DNA of 64,000 nucleotides from a virus, in the IMG/VR virus record IMGVR_UViG_3300044630_005784, positions 5,535 to 69,534 of that record, one strand, 5' to 3'. The notes under the pieces are model-generated. The model made no database searches, was not told where the DNA came from, and saw nothing but the letters and a program-made list of their open reading frames with translations. The position numbers were made by a program, and so were the translations under genes. Below, piece after piece: positions 17,100 through 28,928 of the stretch. Every line of letters starts with the position of its first letter. Positions within the stretch are counted from its first letter, which is position 1.

Positions 17100-17159
17100 G
17101 GCAGTCGCATTGGCGCTGCCGATGAGTATACGCTGAACATATGTTCGAAAGCCAGCACC

Positions 17160-17594
17160 ATGAATGATCACCCACTCAAAGCACCAGTACAAAACGCAAT
17201 TAACCAAGCACTGGATACCGATAGCGATCTATCTGCAGAAGCAATTACCGAGCAAGTAATGCGGGCGCTCGATGAACGTGGAGTTATCCAGTACGCGCCA
17301 AAAGGAACACTGCCTCTGCTCTCCGCCGCAGGACGAGTCTTTGTATGCATCGCAGAAAACCCAAGAATCACGTTGCGCGAGATTTCGGTAATGCTTGGGG
17401 TAACGGAATCCAACGTTGCTAGGTCTGTATCAAAACTTGTTGCTTCTGGAGTCATAGCAAGAACAAAAGTCAAGAACAGAAATGTGTACACAATTAAGAT
17501 AAAAACGGCCAAAAAACACCCTGATATACATCGGTTTTACGAAGCGATCGATCCTCTTTGGCTTGAAGATGGAGAAAACGCACCACTTTTCTAA
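17160..17594 (+). CDS. winged-helix (MarR/AsnC-like) DNA-binding protein
   Basis: ITLREISVMLGVTESNVARSVSKLVASGVI...RNVY. Confidence 0.8.
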   Translation: MNDHPLKAPVQNAINQALDTDSDLSAEAITEQVMRALDERGVIQYAPKGTLPLLSAAGRVFVCIAENPRITLREISVMLGVTESNVARSVSKLVASGVIARTKVKNRNVYTIKIKTAKKHPDIHRFYEAIDPLWLEDGENAPLF

Positions 17595-17636
17595 CAATGG
17601 CCGTTAAGATCTATCCATACTATTTTTGGAGGATCA

Positions 17637-17867
17637 ATGGGTTTTCTGACCGGACTTCTTTTAGTCGGATGGCTAAACAATCGAGCACTAGCCGATGACT
17701 ATGAAGACTTGCTAGATGAATACGAACAACAAATCGATCATATGCACAGTTCCTACGAACTAGCGCTCGCCGAAGTGTTCTGCGGACCCTGTTGTAATTT
17801 CTGTGGATCTTGTGGCCCGCATCAGTTTTGTCGCCACTGTTTCGATAGCAGGATAGTTACTGAATAA
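17637..17867 (+). CDS. small membrane-anchored Cys-rich protein
   Basis: GGAGG RBS; hydrophobic N-terminus; CGPCCNFCGSC...CRHC. Confidence 0.6.
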   Translation: MGFLTGLLLVGWLNNRALADDYEDLLDEYEQQIDHMHSSYELALAEVFCGPCCNFCGSCGPHQFCRHCFDSRIVTE

Positions 17868-18177
17868 TGGCCCACGCCGAAAATGCTTCGTCCTCGGATG
17901 GAATGATCCAAACTTGGCAGGCATCGATATCGTGAGTGTCCCCGTTGACGGTCCACGCTATTTGAAGTGTTGGCTGTGGCTCGATTACGCCAACATTGCA
18001 TTCAAGACCATAAGTGTTAATGAAATAACGGACAATGCAGCCAACACGGTGGTGCTGGCATTCTTCGGCGCCCGGGCAGTCGACTGAAGTGATGATTAGT
18101 TGGGCTTTATTGAGCAGAAGGTGAATTTGGTGATTGTCGTTGTGCCAGACTGAGACGGCATCGAGTTCAGTCGACAT
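17857..18177 (-). CDS. hypothetical protein
   Basis: Overlaps upstream gene; end of minus-strand operon. Confidence 0.7.
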   Translation of the reverse strand: MSTELDAVSVWHNDNHQIHLLLNKAQLIITSVDCPGAEECQHHRVGCIVRYFINTYGLECNVGVIEPQPTLQIAWTVNGDTHDIDACQVWIIPSEDEAFSAWAIIQ

Positions 18178-18349
18178 CTGTCGGGTCCAGTTGTTCGGTT
18201 ACTTTTGATTGCAACGCTTTTTCCATGTCAAAAATTAACCGTTGTGCTTTTTCCAATGCAGCGTCTTTTGTTTCTACTTCAACGGTCAGGCGACCGATTG
18301 TTGCTGTAAGACGTTCGATCAGTTCTGAAGCGTCAATAGAAATCGTCAT
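18167..18349 (-). CDS. small coiled-coil protein
   Basis: GGAG RBS; heptad pattern. Confidence 0.65.
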   Translation of the reverse strand: MTISIDASELIERLTATIGRLTVEVETKDAALEKAQRLIFDMEKALQSKVTEQLDPTDVD

Positions 18350-18356
18350 TTTGTTT

Positions 18357-19562
18357 TTACTCCAATGTCAAGTTTGCTTCGTGATTGTCGCTTGGTTCCA
18401 AAGACCAGTCATTACCCGCAACGGTCCAAATGTAATCGTCCACTTCAAGTTCCTCAAACCGCTCATGGATTTCCGTGTCGTACTGGTAAGCGAAATATCT
18501 TACGAGCCGTTGGATCTCTTTATTGCGAACCCTCTGGGTATTTGAACCAGACGTGCTGATGTGCTGGATGTACCCCAACCTCTTGACGTGAACCATTCGA
18601 GTTGTCAGGAAAGTCCTGATGCAAAGTTCATAGTCATCAGCCACATGAATCTCGGGGTTGTGTCCACCGGCTGCGTAGTACGCCTCGCGAGTCCAAGCCC
18701 GAGCATGGTTCGGCATCCCCACTATATGACGCACAGTCTTAGCGTTTACGGACGGGTAGTTCGCCACAGCGTATGTATGGCCCCTGTAGTCCTCGTAGCG
18801 GTACGAGCCGAAGCCAAATGCGTATCCGTCCGGATAGGTGGCATTTTCGCCTGTATCGAGAATCTCGGCGCAGTCGGTGTAGGCGAAGCCTGCTTCGGGG
18901 AATGTCTGGAAGGCTTCAACGATGTCGCCTAGACAGTTGACGGTGAGTTCATCGTCGTGGTCAAGTTCTACAAAGATTGCTCCGCTGGCCAGTCCGCAGC
19001 ATCGACGCTTGACTTCACCGATGCGCCCGCATGGGGTTGCTGCTTTGAAGACTTTGATTCGACGGTCATGGGCGGCAAGGCTTTTGGCGATTTCAAATGT
19101 CTTGTCGTTAGGGGAGTCGTCGTAGATGACCCATTCCCAGTTGTCATAGTTTTGTTCGCAGAGAGATTTATACGGTCGGAGTAGGCCGGTACCGGTGTTG
19201 TAGGTAGGAGTAAACACCGAAACGAGGGGTGTCTCAGGGAAACGCTTCTGAGTCGCCGTACTCATGTATGCGCCCATCACATCGTGGGCTACATCAGACA
19301 GAGATACTTCAGAGTCGTAGTGCAGCCAACGCTTCCGAACCTCAATAGATTGCCTATTCAGATTCGGATAGTCCTCAGCGTCACCGAACGTGCAGATCAC
19401 GCTGTAGTGATGAGACGCTAGAACGAAGGCAATGTCGGTGTCTTCCGGAATGTCAGATACGGAGAATCCGTCAGCCTCATACTCTGCGGTGTTGTTGAGT
19501 ACGAGTTCTTCAACGGGTGACTTGTTGCCAATAAGCAATACGGAAATAAGGCCAGAGTCCAT
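18357..19562 (-). CDS. glycosyltransferase family 2
   Basis: VSVFTPTYN, IYDDS, LDHDD, ADDYEL motifs. Confidence 0.9.
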   Translation of the reverse strand: MDSGLISVLLIGNKSPVEELVLNNTAEYEADGFSVSDIPEDTDIAFVLASHHYSVICTFGDAEDYPNLNRQSIEVRKRWLHYDSEVSLSDVAHDVMGAYMSTATQKRFPETPLVSVFTPTYNTGTGLLRPYKSLCEQNYDNWEWVIYDDSPNDKTFEIAKSLAAHDRRIKVFKAATPCGRIGEVKRRCCGLASGAIFVELDHDDELTVNCLGDIVEAFQTFPEAGFAYTDCAEILDTGENATYPDGYAFGFGSYRYEDYRGHTYAVANYPSVNAKTVRHIVGMPNHARAWTREAYYAAGGHNPEIHVADDYELCIRTFLTTRMVHVKRLGYIQHISTSGSNTQRVRNKEIQRLVRYFAYQYDTEIHERFEELEVDDYIWTVAGNDWSLEPSDNHEANLTLE

Positions 19563-19586
19563 GTGGTGACTCTAGATCAGTACCGC

Positions 19587-19937
19587 CTACTTATCAATAG
19601 ATTCAATACCGATTCGAGCCTCAAGAGCGCGAATGCGTGCAGCCTGCTCAGAGGTTCGTAGTTCCAGAACGTCAAGACGAGCATCCAAGTCAACAACGGC
19701 CTGCGCCGTCTTCATGTGGTTTTCAAGCCAGTCAGTGATCTGGTCATTGTTTTCTTGCCACGTTTCAGCATGAAGCCGAAGGCGTTCTCTGTCTCGTTCT
19801 GTGCCATTTTCAAGAAGGTCTGCTTCGCTTTCAAAGCCACATGAACGTGCGCCCATGTCCCTGTCAAATACTTGCCTTGGTTTGAATCCGAAGATTTCAG
19901 CGGGTCGTGTGCTGTCTGGAAGATTTTCGAGTCCCAT
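19587..19937 (-). CDS. hypothetical protein with C-terminal coiled coil, possible fibre chaperone
   Basis: GGAG RBS; FKPRQ...GF..E motif and RIRALEARI tail. Confidence 0.65.
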   Translation of the reverse strand: MGLENLPDSTRPAEIFGFKPRQVFDRDMGARSCGFESEADLLENGTERDRERLRLHAETWQENNDQITDWLENHMKTAQAVVDLDARLDVLELRTSEQAARIRALEARIGIESIDK

Positions 19938-19944
19938 GATGCTC

Positions 19945-20466
19945 CTACGTTTTTATAATGAAGTTGATTAGAAGGTATGGCTGAAGGTTTGTATGCGCCG
20001 CAGAGGCTCCAACACCCGCATCATAACCAGTAACTCCGATTACGAGTTCGGTTGATGTTTCCGTGGCGCTAGCGGCGTTTCGGATGCCGGAAACTCCGCT
20101 GCCACTGTCGGTGACGTTTGTGTATTGACTGTTGTGATAAAAATCTACATAGGTGTGGGCGTGACTAACCAGTCCGGATTGGGCAGCCGTAAGGGTTTCG
20201 GTACTTGTACCGCCCGTGGCATTCAATGTTCCAGTGTAATAAGGCACAAATGTCCTCATGTCAGGAACTGAAAAGGTGGGCGATGCGCTTCCATAGGTGT
20301 TTCCGATAGCAGCATAAAGAGCCGGATATGTTGCTATGTCATACGCACTCCCATTACACAACAACCAACCCGGTGGAATGGTGCTTGAGGGCCAAATGCT
20401 TACGAGTCCGGCAGGTATCTTTCGGGTTTGTTGAGACACGGGCCGTGATGCTTGGTTTCTTTTCAT
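19945..20466 (-). CDS. tail-collar domain protein 3
   Basis: PPGWLLCNG...YPALYAAIG...VPDMR; SHAH; HTNLQPY...FIIK. Confidence 0.85.
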   Translation of the reverse strand: MKRNQASRPVSQQTRKIPAGLVSIWPSSTIPPGWLLCNGSAYDIATYPALYAAIGNTYGSASPTFSVPDMRTFVPYYTGTLNATGGTSTETLTAAQSGLVSHAHTYVDFYHNSQYTNVTDSGSGVSGIRNAASATETSTELVIGVTGYDAGVGASAAHTNLQPYLLINFIIKT

Positions 20467-20957
20467 CCGAAAGCCTTAATGATGAAACTCAATGATCTGT
20501 ATGGCTGAAGGTTGTTATGAGAAGAAGCAGCATTTGCCGCAGCAGCCGTACTTGTGGACCCACCCACATCGACCCTGTTGAAAGCAGCCGATGCACTACT
20601 TCCGGTGTCGGCAAGGCTAAAGCCTTCAGTGCTGAAGTCAAATGTATTGTGGAAGTGATTTTTAAAACCCGTTTGAGCGCCGGTGAGAGTAACGGTAGCC
20701 ACACCATCAGTTGCGCCGACGAAGGCATCAGTGCCATATGGCGTTCTTGATGAGAAGTTTGGTACTTGAAAACCGCCAGATGAGCCGAAACTGGTTCCAA
20801 TCGCTGCATAAAGTTCCGGATACGTCGCTATCGCATAGCCGGTACCATCACAAAGAAGCCACCCCTTTGGGACTGTTGTTGTCGTCCAGTTCAAAATAGT
20901 TCCAACTGGAAACAGGAAACGATCAAGAGATACTGGGCTAGAAACGTACTCGTCCAT
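20463..20957 (-). CDS. tail-collar domain protein 2
   Basis: PVGTI...PKGWLLCDG...YPELYAAIG; NHFH; HNNLQPY. Confidence 0.85.
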   Translation of the reverse strand: MDEYVSSPVSLDRFLFPVGTILNWTTTTVPKGWLLCDGTGYAIATYPELYAAIGTSFGSSGGFQVPNFSSRTPYGTDAFVGATDGVATVTLTGAQTGFKNHFHNTFDFSTEGFSLADTGSSASAAFNRVDVGGSTSTAAAANAASSHNNLQPYRSLSFIIKAFG

Positions 20958-21520
20958 TATGTCGCCTTAATAATAAAGGCAATAGTCAAACCGGGCATAA
21001 GGTTGGTATGACTTGATACTGCACTTGCGTCAGCGGGATTACTTGTTGTGGCTCGTGTGACTTCCGATTGAGAGTTTGAAGCAATACCTGTAGATCCGCT
21101 TGAAACGATGATTCCCGTAGATCGATAGAAATCAGTGTAAGTATGTCTATGGCCGGGCATTCCGGACTGGGTAGTAGTAAGTTGCACCGACGCATGACCG
21201 CCAGTTGAACCGATAGCCCGACCCAAGCCCGCTTCGGTAATGCCAAGGCCTGCGCCGTTTGTCCCCGTGAGAGCGCCAGTTGCTGTTCCACCCGCCCCAA
21301 CGGGAATGCGATCTGTAAAGTTTGGGACTTGAAAACCGCCACTTGAACCGTAGGTTGTTCCGATCACAGCAAAAAGTGCAGGATAAGTAGTAGTTGCGTA
21401 GCCCGTACCATTACACAACAACCAACCCTTTGGAATGTTGGTTACTGACCCATACATAACAATCATGCCGACAGGCACTTGCAATGTAGGTTCAGAAACG
21501 TACTGGCTGACTTCTCTCAT
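20957..21520 (-). CDS. tail-collar domain protein 1
   Basis: PVGMIV...PKGWLLCNG...YPALFAVIG; GHRH; start trimmed to ATG 21520. Confidence 0.85.
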   Translation of the reverse strand: MREVSQYVSEPTLQVPVGMIVMYGSVTNIPKGWLLCNGTGYATTTYPALFAVIGTTYGSSGGFQVPNFTDRIPVGAGGTATGALTGTNGAGLGITEAGLGRAIGSTGGHASVQLTTTQSGMPGHRHTYTDFYRSTGIIVSSGSTGIASNSQSEVTRATTSNPADASAVSSHTNLMPGLTIAFIIKAT

Positions 21521-21522
21521 GA

Positions 21523-21885
21523 TCAGGTAATGGTGTTGACGTAACCGTGGATTGTAATGACGTTCGTGGTACCGGCGAAGGCACGCACGACAAGCGGAGT
21601 TGCATTGCCCTTGATCAAAAGACCGGGGGCCACAAGAACAAGGCCTGACTCGGGCTGAATCGTAAGTTCGATGTGATCGTCGGGAGCAGAAACCCCACCC
21701 CACTCAATAGTCAGTTTCACGGCGGCACTCGCTGAGGAGTTGACGGCGTAAAGCCAAATCTCGTGAAGGGTCGAGGCGGTTGACGATCCGGTGTGGATTG
21801 TCGTTCCAGCCGTTGCCGTAGCAGCCACTTTGATGGCACGCCCATCAGTAGAACCGCTCAAGATTGTTTTAGCGTAAGTAGCCAT
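21523..21885 (-). CDS. putative virion beta-sandwich protein (fibre-associated)
   Basis: Thr/Ala-rich, beta-strand pattern, between fibre genes. Confidence 0.7.
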   Translation of the reverse strand: MATYAKTILSGSTDGRAIKVAATATAGTTIHTGSSTASTLHEIWLYAVNSSASAAVKLTIEWGGVSAPDDHIELTIQPESGLVLVAPGLLIKGNATPLVVRAFAGTTNVITIHGYVNTIT

Positions 21886-21887
21886 TA

Positions 21888-24800
21888 TTACCTTCCGAAG
21901 ATTTGCGAAGCGAGAATCAACTGATCGTCATCAGCGATGAGATTGGGGTTGAGTGTTGAAATCACTGTACCTGAAACTGGCATAGTGACTGAGGTTGTCC
22001 CAGTAAGCGTAAAGGTTACGGCGTAAGCACCTGATGTCGTTACGTTGCCACCAAGAGTAATCGTCTTGCCCGTGTTGGCGACACCAGTACCACCGTAGGC
22101 ACCAGCAATCGTTGTGCCTTGCCACGTTCCGGTACCGATCGTTGCGACGGTATTGAGATTTGATGATGTTACTCCAGCACCAAGACTCGTAGCACCGATA
22201 ACGGTGGTTCCGTTGATCTTGTAGGCCTTGTCTGAGGCGAGATCGACGTCTTGATTGAATGTCCAACAATCCGTTGCATCTACCCAGATGATGGTTTTGT
22301 CGGTTGCGCCCTTGAGGGTGATGCCACCGCCATCGGCAGTCACATCCGTGGGGCTTGCTACGGCACCGAGTTCGATGTTCTTGTCGTCTACTGAAACGGT
22401 AGTTGTATTGACCGTTGTGGTAGTTCCGTTGACCGTAAGATCGCCGGTTACGACTAGAGCATTATTTACAGTCGTTGTACCTGACCCCGCACCGATACTT
22501 ACTGTTGTTGCAGCGCCACCAAGGTTGAGCGTAGTGGCATTGGTGTTGAAGACAGTCGCAGTTCCTGTGCTAGTTGTGGTGATATCCCCACCATTTACCG
22601 CTATGTCGCTTGCTGTGGTTATAAGGCCAGCAGGTGATACTGATGCCAAAACTCCAGATACCAATCCCCATTCTTGAAGATTCGCAGTTTGTGTGTTTTG
22701 CCCTGTAACAACAATACCTTTTGTGGTATTTGCTGAAGTTATAAAATAACCAACTTCAGCGGCACTTGATCCGCCTTCAACTCGAATGGATTCAAGTGAA
22801 ACGATTTTGCCGTTGAAATCTACATAAGCAAGATTTTGACTAGAACTATTGGTCCAAGCCTGAAGTGGGCCAGATTGAAGGGACGCACCCTTTACAGTTA
22901 GAGGCGTAGTAGCGGCGTTAGTTGTTGTTACATTCAGATTGTTAAGAATGCCAACACTGGTAAGACTTGAGGCGGTGACACCAGAACTCAGCGTTGCCCC
23001 AGTAAGCGTTCCGGCAGCAGCCGTGACAGTGCCAGAACCACCCAATGAAATAGATGTTCCATTGACCGTCACTGAACTGTTCGTCAAAGCGATTGCTGCG
23101 CTTGAACCTTCACCCGGCGTGTGAGTGACAGTTATACCCGTACCAGACGTAACGTCAGATACATAGTTGCCCGTCGTGTCGGTTCCGAGAGCAACTGAGT
23201 TCGCAGCGATAGTGGCCGTAAGAGTTCCGGATGCCAAGTCAGTAAGAGTCACCGAACCGGTGAGGTCACCACCAAGCGTGATCGTCGGATCAGGCTTATT
23301 GGTTGTGTTCGTCCAGTCCAAGTAATGCGAACCATGCTGGCCGTCCAACTGATCGGCATTGAGGTTCGTAACTACAGTCGTGGATGTAACGGCAATAGCG
23401 TTGGCATCAAGTGTGCCTACGACATAGACGGTGCCGTCAGAAGCGACACGCAGTCGAACGGCGGATGCGTCAGCGTCATAAATGGCAAGTGATCCAGCGG
23501 TGATTGCCGAGCCGGTACCTGTTGAAATGATTCGGTACTCACGTCCACTTGTGGCCGTGTTGTCCAGCGAGATTCGAGAGTTGGGATGCGAGTTGGTGAG
23601 AGCAAGAAGGTTTACATCGTCCCCGTCACCATTGACTGTTGGTGAATGGAATGTCGGGTCCTCATTGACGCCAACCGAAATCGTGTCGGTTCCAGCGGTT
23701 GTGGTGATTTGGATGTTTGAGATTCCGGCAAGCGTGAGCGTGTCGTTTAGGTTGTCAGCAACGACATCAGATTGACCTGAAACCGCAAAGGTGGTGAAGC
23801 CTTCCGATGGTGCGCCTTGAAAGCCTTGTGAACCTTGAGCGCCTGTAGCGCCTTGATTTCCTTGGAATCCTTGGTTGCCTTGGAACCCCTGAGAGCCTTG
23901 CGCGCCAGTAGAACCCTGTGCGCCTTGTGAACCAGTTACACCTTGAAAGCCTTGTGCGCCTACAGAACCTTGCGCACCTGTCGCACCTTGAGTGCCGGTG
24001 TCGCCTTGTGGTCCTTCAGCACCTTGAGCGCCGGTAGCGCCCTGACTTCCCGTTGCCCCTTGCGCACCGGTTGCCCCTTGCGCTCCGGTTGCTCCTTGAT
24101 CACCTTGAGCGCCTTGCGCACCAGTAGCGCCCTGTGAGCCAGTTGCACCTTGTGAACCGGTTGAGCCTTGTGCGCCAGTGTCGCCTTGGAATCCTTGATG
24201 ACCCTGTGCGCCCTGACTTCCAGTTGCACCCTGTGAACCAGTTGTTCCTTGAGCGCCGGTTGCACCCTGAACACCCTGACTACCTTGCGCTCCGGTAGCG
24301 CCTTGGTCGCCTTGGGGACCTTCGACGCCCTGATGTCCTTGCACACCTTGTGCGCCAGTGTTCCCCTGTGGGCCTTGACTTCCTTGCGCTCCAGTTGCGC
24401 CCTGTGCGCCTACGTCCCCTTGGAAACCCTGATGTCCTTGAACACCCTGATTGCCTTGGCTTCCCTGAGCGCCAGTAACACCTTGGAAACCTTGAACACC
24501 CTGCGCACCCTGCGCGCCAGTCGCACCTTGATCGCCTTGCGGACCCTGAAAGCCTTGGAAACCGCGCGCACCTTGAACGCCCTGATTTCCCTGTGCGCCA
24601 TCGTCACCTTGATGACCTTGCGCTCCTTGCGAACCTGTAGAGCCTTGAACGCCAGCGTTTCCTTGTGGCCCCTGTGCGCCGGTCACACCTTGCGGACCCT
24701 CGTCGCCAGTTACTCCGGTTACGCCTTGCGAACCTTGAGAACCGGTTGCACCTTGGAAACCCTGATGCCCTTGAACACCCTGCGCGCCAGTCGTGCCCTG

Positions 24801-27800
24801 AACGCCCTGATTGCCTTGAGTTCCAGTTGCACCTTGAAAGCCTTGGTTGCCTTGTGGACCCTGAGCGCCCTTATCGGCAAGCAGCGTCCAGAACGTCCCC
24901 GGACTTGGAGTATCACCGACGTTGCCGCCATTGGAATCGATTCGATACCAAGTCTTCCCGTCATAGGTCGCAACATCACCAATGGCGTAAGAGGTTCCTC
25001 CGCTGTATGCGCCAGTGAAGTTCCAAAGAGCGGCAGTGCCTTGATAACCCTGAGTTCCTTGGACGCCTTGATTGCCTTGATGACCTTGTACGCCTTGTGC
25101 GCCAGTCGATCCTTGTGTTCCCTGTGAACCGGTAGCACCCTGAGGGCCTTGCGCACCAGTGACACCTTGATCACCTTGAGTTCCTTGCGCGCCGGTAGAA
25201 CCCTGAGATCCGGTCGAACCCTGAGCACCAGTGGATCCTTGTGCTCCAGTAGCGCCTTGTGAACCGGTAGATCCCTGAACACCCTGCGTTCCTTGATTCC
25301 CTTGGAAACCTTGAACACCCTGAGTTCCTTGCGGACCGACAGCACCGTCTAGGTTCACCGTCCACGAGGAATAGGTTCCGCTGCCGACCTTGTGTGTAAT
25401 GTCAACGGAAAGCGCACCCGTACCAGAGTTATACGAAATGATTTCGCCATTCATATGGTTGCTCTCGTCATTTGCGATGACGATTGTTTGAGCAGCCGAA
25501 TAAGCAAGACCAGTGCCGACGGTGAGGTTCAGCGTTCCGTTGTTGGTAATGGTGAGTGACGTTGAAGACGTGGTGGAGTATTTGTCGCCAGTTACGCCTT
25601 GATAGCCCTGCGGACCTTGAGCGCCGGTCGCTCCTTGATTTCCTTGGGTGCCTTGATTGCCCTGCGCTCCAGTTGAACCTTGATCACCTTGGCTACCTTG
25701 TGAACCGGTAAGACCCTGAACACCTTGGAAACCTTGCGCCCCAGTTGTGCCTTGTGCTCCAGTGGAACCCTGCGCCCCTTGCGAACCAGTTGTACCCTGT
25801 GACCCCTGTGAACCGGTCGTTCCTTGTGCGCCTTCGTCACCTTGAGAGCCAGTCGCTCCTTGCGATCCTTGAACACCTTGATTGCCCTGTGCGCCGGTAG
25901 TTCCTTGCGCTCCGGTTGCGCCTTGAACACCCTGAAAACCTTGGTTGCCCTGCGCACCCGTAGACCCTTGGAAGCCTTGGTTTCCTTGAAAACCTTGATC
26001 GCCTTGTGCGCCTTCGATGCCCTGAGGTCCGGTTTGACCTTGCGAACCTTGTGCGCCGGTTGTGCCCTGATGACCCTGCACGCCTTGAGCGCCAGTCGCA
26101 CCTTGTGAGCCTTGATTACCGGTTTGACCTTGTGGGCCTTGATCGCCTTGATGTCCCTGATGTCCTTGAACACCTTGAACGCCTTGATTCCCTTGGAACC
26201 CTTGCGCTCCAGTAGAACCTTGTGCGCCAGTTGAACCCGTTGCCCCTTGGTCACCTTGAACGCCCTGTGCGCCAGTTACACCTTGATTTCCCTGCGAACC
26301 GGTTTGGCCTTGGAATCCTTGGTGTCCTTGGTTGCCTTGCGCTCCAGTTGATCCTTGATTTCCTTGCGGACCAGTTTCACCCTGCGACCCTTGGAAACCT
26401 TGTGCGCCGGTCGTGCCTTGAACGCCTTGATCGCCCGTTACACCCTGATGTCCTTGCGGACCTTGAGTTCCCGTTGCACCCTGAACACCCTGTGTTCCTT
26501 GTGCGCCAGTGTTTCCGATGACACCCTGAAAACCTTGCGCTCCTTGCACGCCCTGATAACCCTGCGGGCCAACTTGGGTGTACATGACCTGCGCAATGGA
26601 AACGATTACGGATGGACGAACCGGTGTCGTTGGCGAAACATGGGCAGCGTCGTGCTGAAGACTTACGGTCGCAGCCGTAGTACTCCAATAAATCTGAACG
26701 TAATCATTGACGGAAGTTGAGGTCCCAGTAAACGTCAACGTCACCATCTGCGAACTTGGTTCACCCGCAGATTTACGCGGAGCAAGTCCTGCTTCGACGG
26801 AGGAGTTCGGGTAAATGGTGCCGTTGAGTTTCAACCAGAAGGTTGCGTACTCGTATGAGTTTTCTGGATTTTCAAGTTGGAACGTCGCTACTAGCGTGTA
26901 AGTGCCGGGGTTGGCCAAAGTGATCTTGCTGCCATCGACAATGGAAATGCCGTTTGACCCGTAAGAGTTTCCAATAGCAACGGCTTGCTCGGTATTTGCG
27001 ACAGAGATGGTTTGGTCGGTTGCGTCGTAGAACGACCCGTAGTAGCCGAGTGCGCCGCCTGCACCTTGCGTTCCGGTTGTTCCTTGGTAACCCTGATACC
27101 CCTGATGACCTTGCGTACCTTGCGTACCTTGACTGCCGGTATTCCCCTGCGAACCTTGCGCGCCAGTCAGGCCTTGCGAACCTTGCGAACCTTGAACGCC
27201 TTGGCTACCGGTCGCACCTTGAACGCCTTGGCTACCGGTCGCACCTTGGAAACCTTGATGACCTTGAAAGCCTTGATCGCCTTGGACCCCGGCGACACCT
27301 TGAGCGCCAACGGAACCCTGTGACCCGGTGCTGCCCTGTGCGCCAGCGACGCCTTGAGAACCCTGCGAACCCGTAGCGCCGGTTTCACCCTGTGAACCTT
27401 GCGAACCGGTTTGACCTTGAACGCCTTGTGAACCTTGAACGCCCTGTGAACCGGTTGAGCCTTGTGCGCCAGTTACACCTTGATTTCCCTGAAAGCCTTG
27501 CGCCCCAGTGTCACCTTGAGCGCCAGTAGAACCCTGCGCTCCGGTAGCACCTTGATTACCTTGAGCGCCCTGTGAGCCAGTCGCACCCTGAGCGCCTTGT
27601 GCGCCAGCAGTGCCTTGCGTTCCCTGAACACCCTGAGGACCCGTTGCACCCTGTACGCCTTGTGAACCCTGTACGCCCTGCGAACCCTGAATACCTTGAG
27701 TGCCTTGTGGTCCGACAGCACCGTCAAGGTTCACCGCCCATGAGGAGAATGTTCCGCTGCCGACCTTTGATTGCACATTGATGGAAAGCGCACCCGTACT

Positions 27801-28928
27801 GGAGTTGTACGAAATGATCTCGCCATTCATGTTGTTGCTGTCGTTGAAAGCGACGACGATTGTTTGAGCGGCGGAATAAGCGAGACCAGTTCCAACTGTA
27901 AGATTGAGCGTTCCGCTATTCGTGATGGTGAGTGACGTTGAAGACGTGGTTGAGTACTTGTCGCCAGTTACGCCCTGAACACCCTGCGAACCTTGAGGTC
28001 CAGTCGCGCCTTGATTGCCCTGCGCTCCAGTTGCACCTTTTTCTACAAATACATCCCAAGATATTAATGAATCTGGTTGGTAACCAGTAGTGTTGTTGCC
28101 TAGGCAAATATAAGAAGTGCCATTGAATGTAACTACATCATTAAAGTTGTAAACAATCTCTGGTCCACCGTAAGGACCTCTAAAGTAAAAACCTTCACCT
28201 GTTAAACCTTGAGGACCTTCAACGCCCTGATGTCCTTGAAATCCTTGAACGCCTTGGGTGCCCTGAACGCCTTGAGTGCCCTGCGCGCCAGTATTGCCAG
28301 TAAGGCCCTGTGTCCCTTGGCTTCCCGTCGCACCTTGAACACCCTGATTGCCTTGAGCGCCAACAACGCCTTGAAAGCCTTGACTGCCCTGAGAACCCTG
28401 CGTTCCCTGCGAACCAGTTGTTCCTTGTGCGCCGGTCGTTCCTTGAGAACCAGTTGCGCCTTGGTTGCCTTGAGAACCTTGCGCTCCTTGTGAACCGGTA
28501 ACGCCTTGATTTCCTTGTGCTCCAGAGGAACCCTGATTGCCTTGGTTGCCCTGCGCGCCTTGAGAGCCAGTTGCGCCTTGTGTTCCCTGTGATCCGGTCG
28601 CGCCAAGAACGCCCTGAGGTCCCTGATTGCCTTGGGAACCCGTAGATCCTTGTGTTCCCTGCGAGCCGGTTGTTCCTTGTGAACCCTGAGCGCCGGTTGT
28701 GCCTTGGTTACCCTGTGATCCAGTCGCACCTTGAGTGCCGGTCGGTCCCTGAATGCCTTGAGCGCCAATCGGACCTTGTGGTCCTTGTGCTCCGCTGGTG
28801 CCGGGAACATAAATTGTTACTTCGTTGGGAGCGTCTTGATTTACCTCAACCCGGTTGGGTGAGTCCGTTACATTGACATTTGTGACGCTTTCAGCGATTT
28901 GAATGCTGATGGGTTCTTCAATGGTCAT
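21888..28928 (-). CDS. giant collagen-like tail fibre/appendage protein (2346 aa)
   Basis: Hundreds of Gly-X-Gln/Thr triplets interrupted by globular inserts; C-terminal ~630-aa Thr/Gly-rich fibre region. Confidence 0.9.
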   Translation of the reverse strand: MTIEEPISIQIAESVTNVNVTDSPNRVEVNQDAPNEVTIYVPGTSGAQGPQGPIGAQGIQGPTGTQGATGSQGNQGTTGAQGSQGTTGSQGTQGSTGSQGNQGPQGVLGATGSQGTQGATGSQGAQGNQGNQGSSGAQGNQGVTGSQGAQGSQGNQGATGSQGTTGAQGTTGSQGTQGSQGSQGFQGVVGAQGNQGVQGATGSQGTQGLTGNTGAQGTQGVQGTQGVQGFQGHQGVEGPQGLTGEGFYFRGPYGGPEIVYNFNDVVTFNGTSYICLGNNTTGYQPDSLISWDVFVEKGATGAQGNQGATGPQGSQGVQGVTGDKYSTTSSTSLTITNSGTLNLTVGTGLAYSAAQTIVVAFNDSNNMNGEIISYNSSTGALSINVQSKVGSGTFSSWAVNLDGAVGPQGTQGIQGSQGVQGSQGVQGATGPQGVQGTQGTAGAQGAQGATGSQGAQGNQGATGAQGSTGAQGDTGAQGFQGNQGVTGAQGSTGSQGVQGSQGVQGQTGSQGSQGETGATGSQGSQGVAGAQGSTGSQGSVGAQGVAGVQGDQGFQGHQGFQGATGSQGVQGATGSQGVQGSQGSQGLTGAQGSQGNTGSQGTQGTQGHQGYQGYQGTTGTQGAGGALGYYGSFYDATDQTISVANTEQAVAIGNSYGSNGISIVDGSKITLANPGTYTLVATFQLENPENSYEYATFWLKLNGTIYPNSSVEAGLAPRKSAGEPSSQMVTLTFTGTSTSVNDYVQIYWSTTAATVSLQHDAAHVSPTTPVRPSVIVSIAQVMYTQVGPQGYQGVQGAQGFQGVIGNTGAQGTQGVQGATGTQGPQGHQGVTGDQGVQGTTGAQGFQGSQGETGPQGNQGSTGAQGNQGHQGFQGQTGSQGNQGVTGAQGVQGDQGATGSTGAQGSTGAQGFQGNQGVQGVQGHQGHQGDQGPQGQTGNQGSQGATGAQGVQGHQGTTGAQGSQGQTGPQGIEGAQGDQGFQGNQGFQGSTGAQGNQGFQGVQGATGAQGTTGAQGNQGVQGSQGATGSQGDEGAQGTTGSQGSQGTTGSQGAQGSTGAQGTTGAQGFQGVQGLTGSQGSQGDQGSTGAQGNQGTQGNQGATGAQGPQGYQGVTGDKYSTTSSTSLTITNNGTLNLTVGTGLAYSAAQTIVIANDESNHMNGEIISYNSGTGALSVDITHKVGSGTYSSWTVNLDGAVGPQGTQGVQGFQGNQGTQGVQGSTGSQGATGAQGSTGAQGSTGSQGSTGAQGTQGDQGVTGAQGPQGATGSQGTQGSTGAQGVQGHQGNQGVQGTQGYQGTAALWNFTGAYSGGTSYAIGDVATYDGKTWYRIDSNGGNVGDTPSPGTFWTLLADKGAQGPQGNQGFQGATGTQGNQGVQGTTGAQGVQGHQGFQGATGSQGSQGVTGVTGDEGPQGVTGAQGPQGNAGVQGSTGSQGAQGHQGDDGAQGNQGVQGARGFQGFQGPQGDQGATGAQGAQGVQGFQGVTGAQGSQGNQGVQGHQGFQGDVGAQGATGAQGSQGPQGNTGAQGVQGHQGVEGPQGDQGATGAQGSQGVQGATGAQGTTGSQGATGSQGAQGHQGFQGDTGAQGSTGSQGATGSQGATGAQGAQGDQGATGAQGATGAQGATGSQGATGAQGAEGPQGDTGTQGATGAQGSVGAQGFQGVTGSQGAQGSTGAQGSQGFQGNQGFQGNQGATGAQGSQGFQGAPSEGFTTFAVSGQSDVVADNLNDTLTLAGISNIQITTTAGTDTISVGVNEDPTFHSPTVNGDGDDVNLLALTNSHPNSRISLDNTATSGREYRIISTGTGSAITAGSLAIYDADASAVRLRVASDGTVYVVGTLDANAIAVTSTTVVTNLNADQLDGQHGSHYLDWTNTTNKPDPTITLGGDLTGSVTLTDLASGTLTATIAANSVALGTDTTGNYVSDVTSGTGITVTHTPGEGSSAAIALTNSSVTVNGTSISLGGSGTVTAAAGTLTGATLSSGVTASSLTSVGILNNLNVTTTNAATTPLTVKGASLQSGPLQAWTNSSSQNLAYVDFNGKIVSLESIRVEGGSSAAEVGYFITSANTTKGIVVTGQNTQTANLQEWGLVSGVLASVSPAGLITTASDIAVNGGDITTTSTGTATVFNTNATTLNLGGAATTVSIGAGSGTTTVNNALVVTGDLTVNGTTTTVNTTTVSVDDKNIELGAVASPTDVTADGGGITLKGATDKTIIWVDATDCWTFNQDVDLASDKAYKINGTTVIGATSLGAGVTSSNLNTVATIGTGTWQGTTIAGAYGGTGVANTGKTITLGGNVTTSGAYAVTFTLTGTTSVTMPVSGTVISTLNPNLIADDDQLILASQIFGR
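23812..28795. repeat. degenerate 9-bp collagen triplet repeats with a duplicated ~255-bp domain (about 25336-25589 and 27712-27965)
   Basis: CCTTG/CCCTG periodicity; [14 protein letters not shown]...NLDGAVG occurs twice. Confidence 0.9.

Noticed and set aside
23812-28795. Repeat array resembling a CRISPR or satellite, and many overlapping ORFs
   Set aside because: 9-bp periodicity comes from Gly-X-Y codons of one long CDS; no constant repeat with unique spacers; other-frame ORFs are shadows
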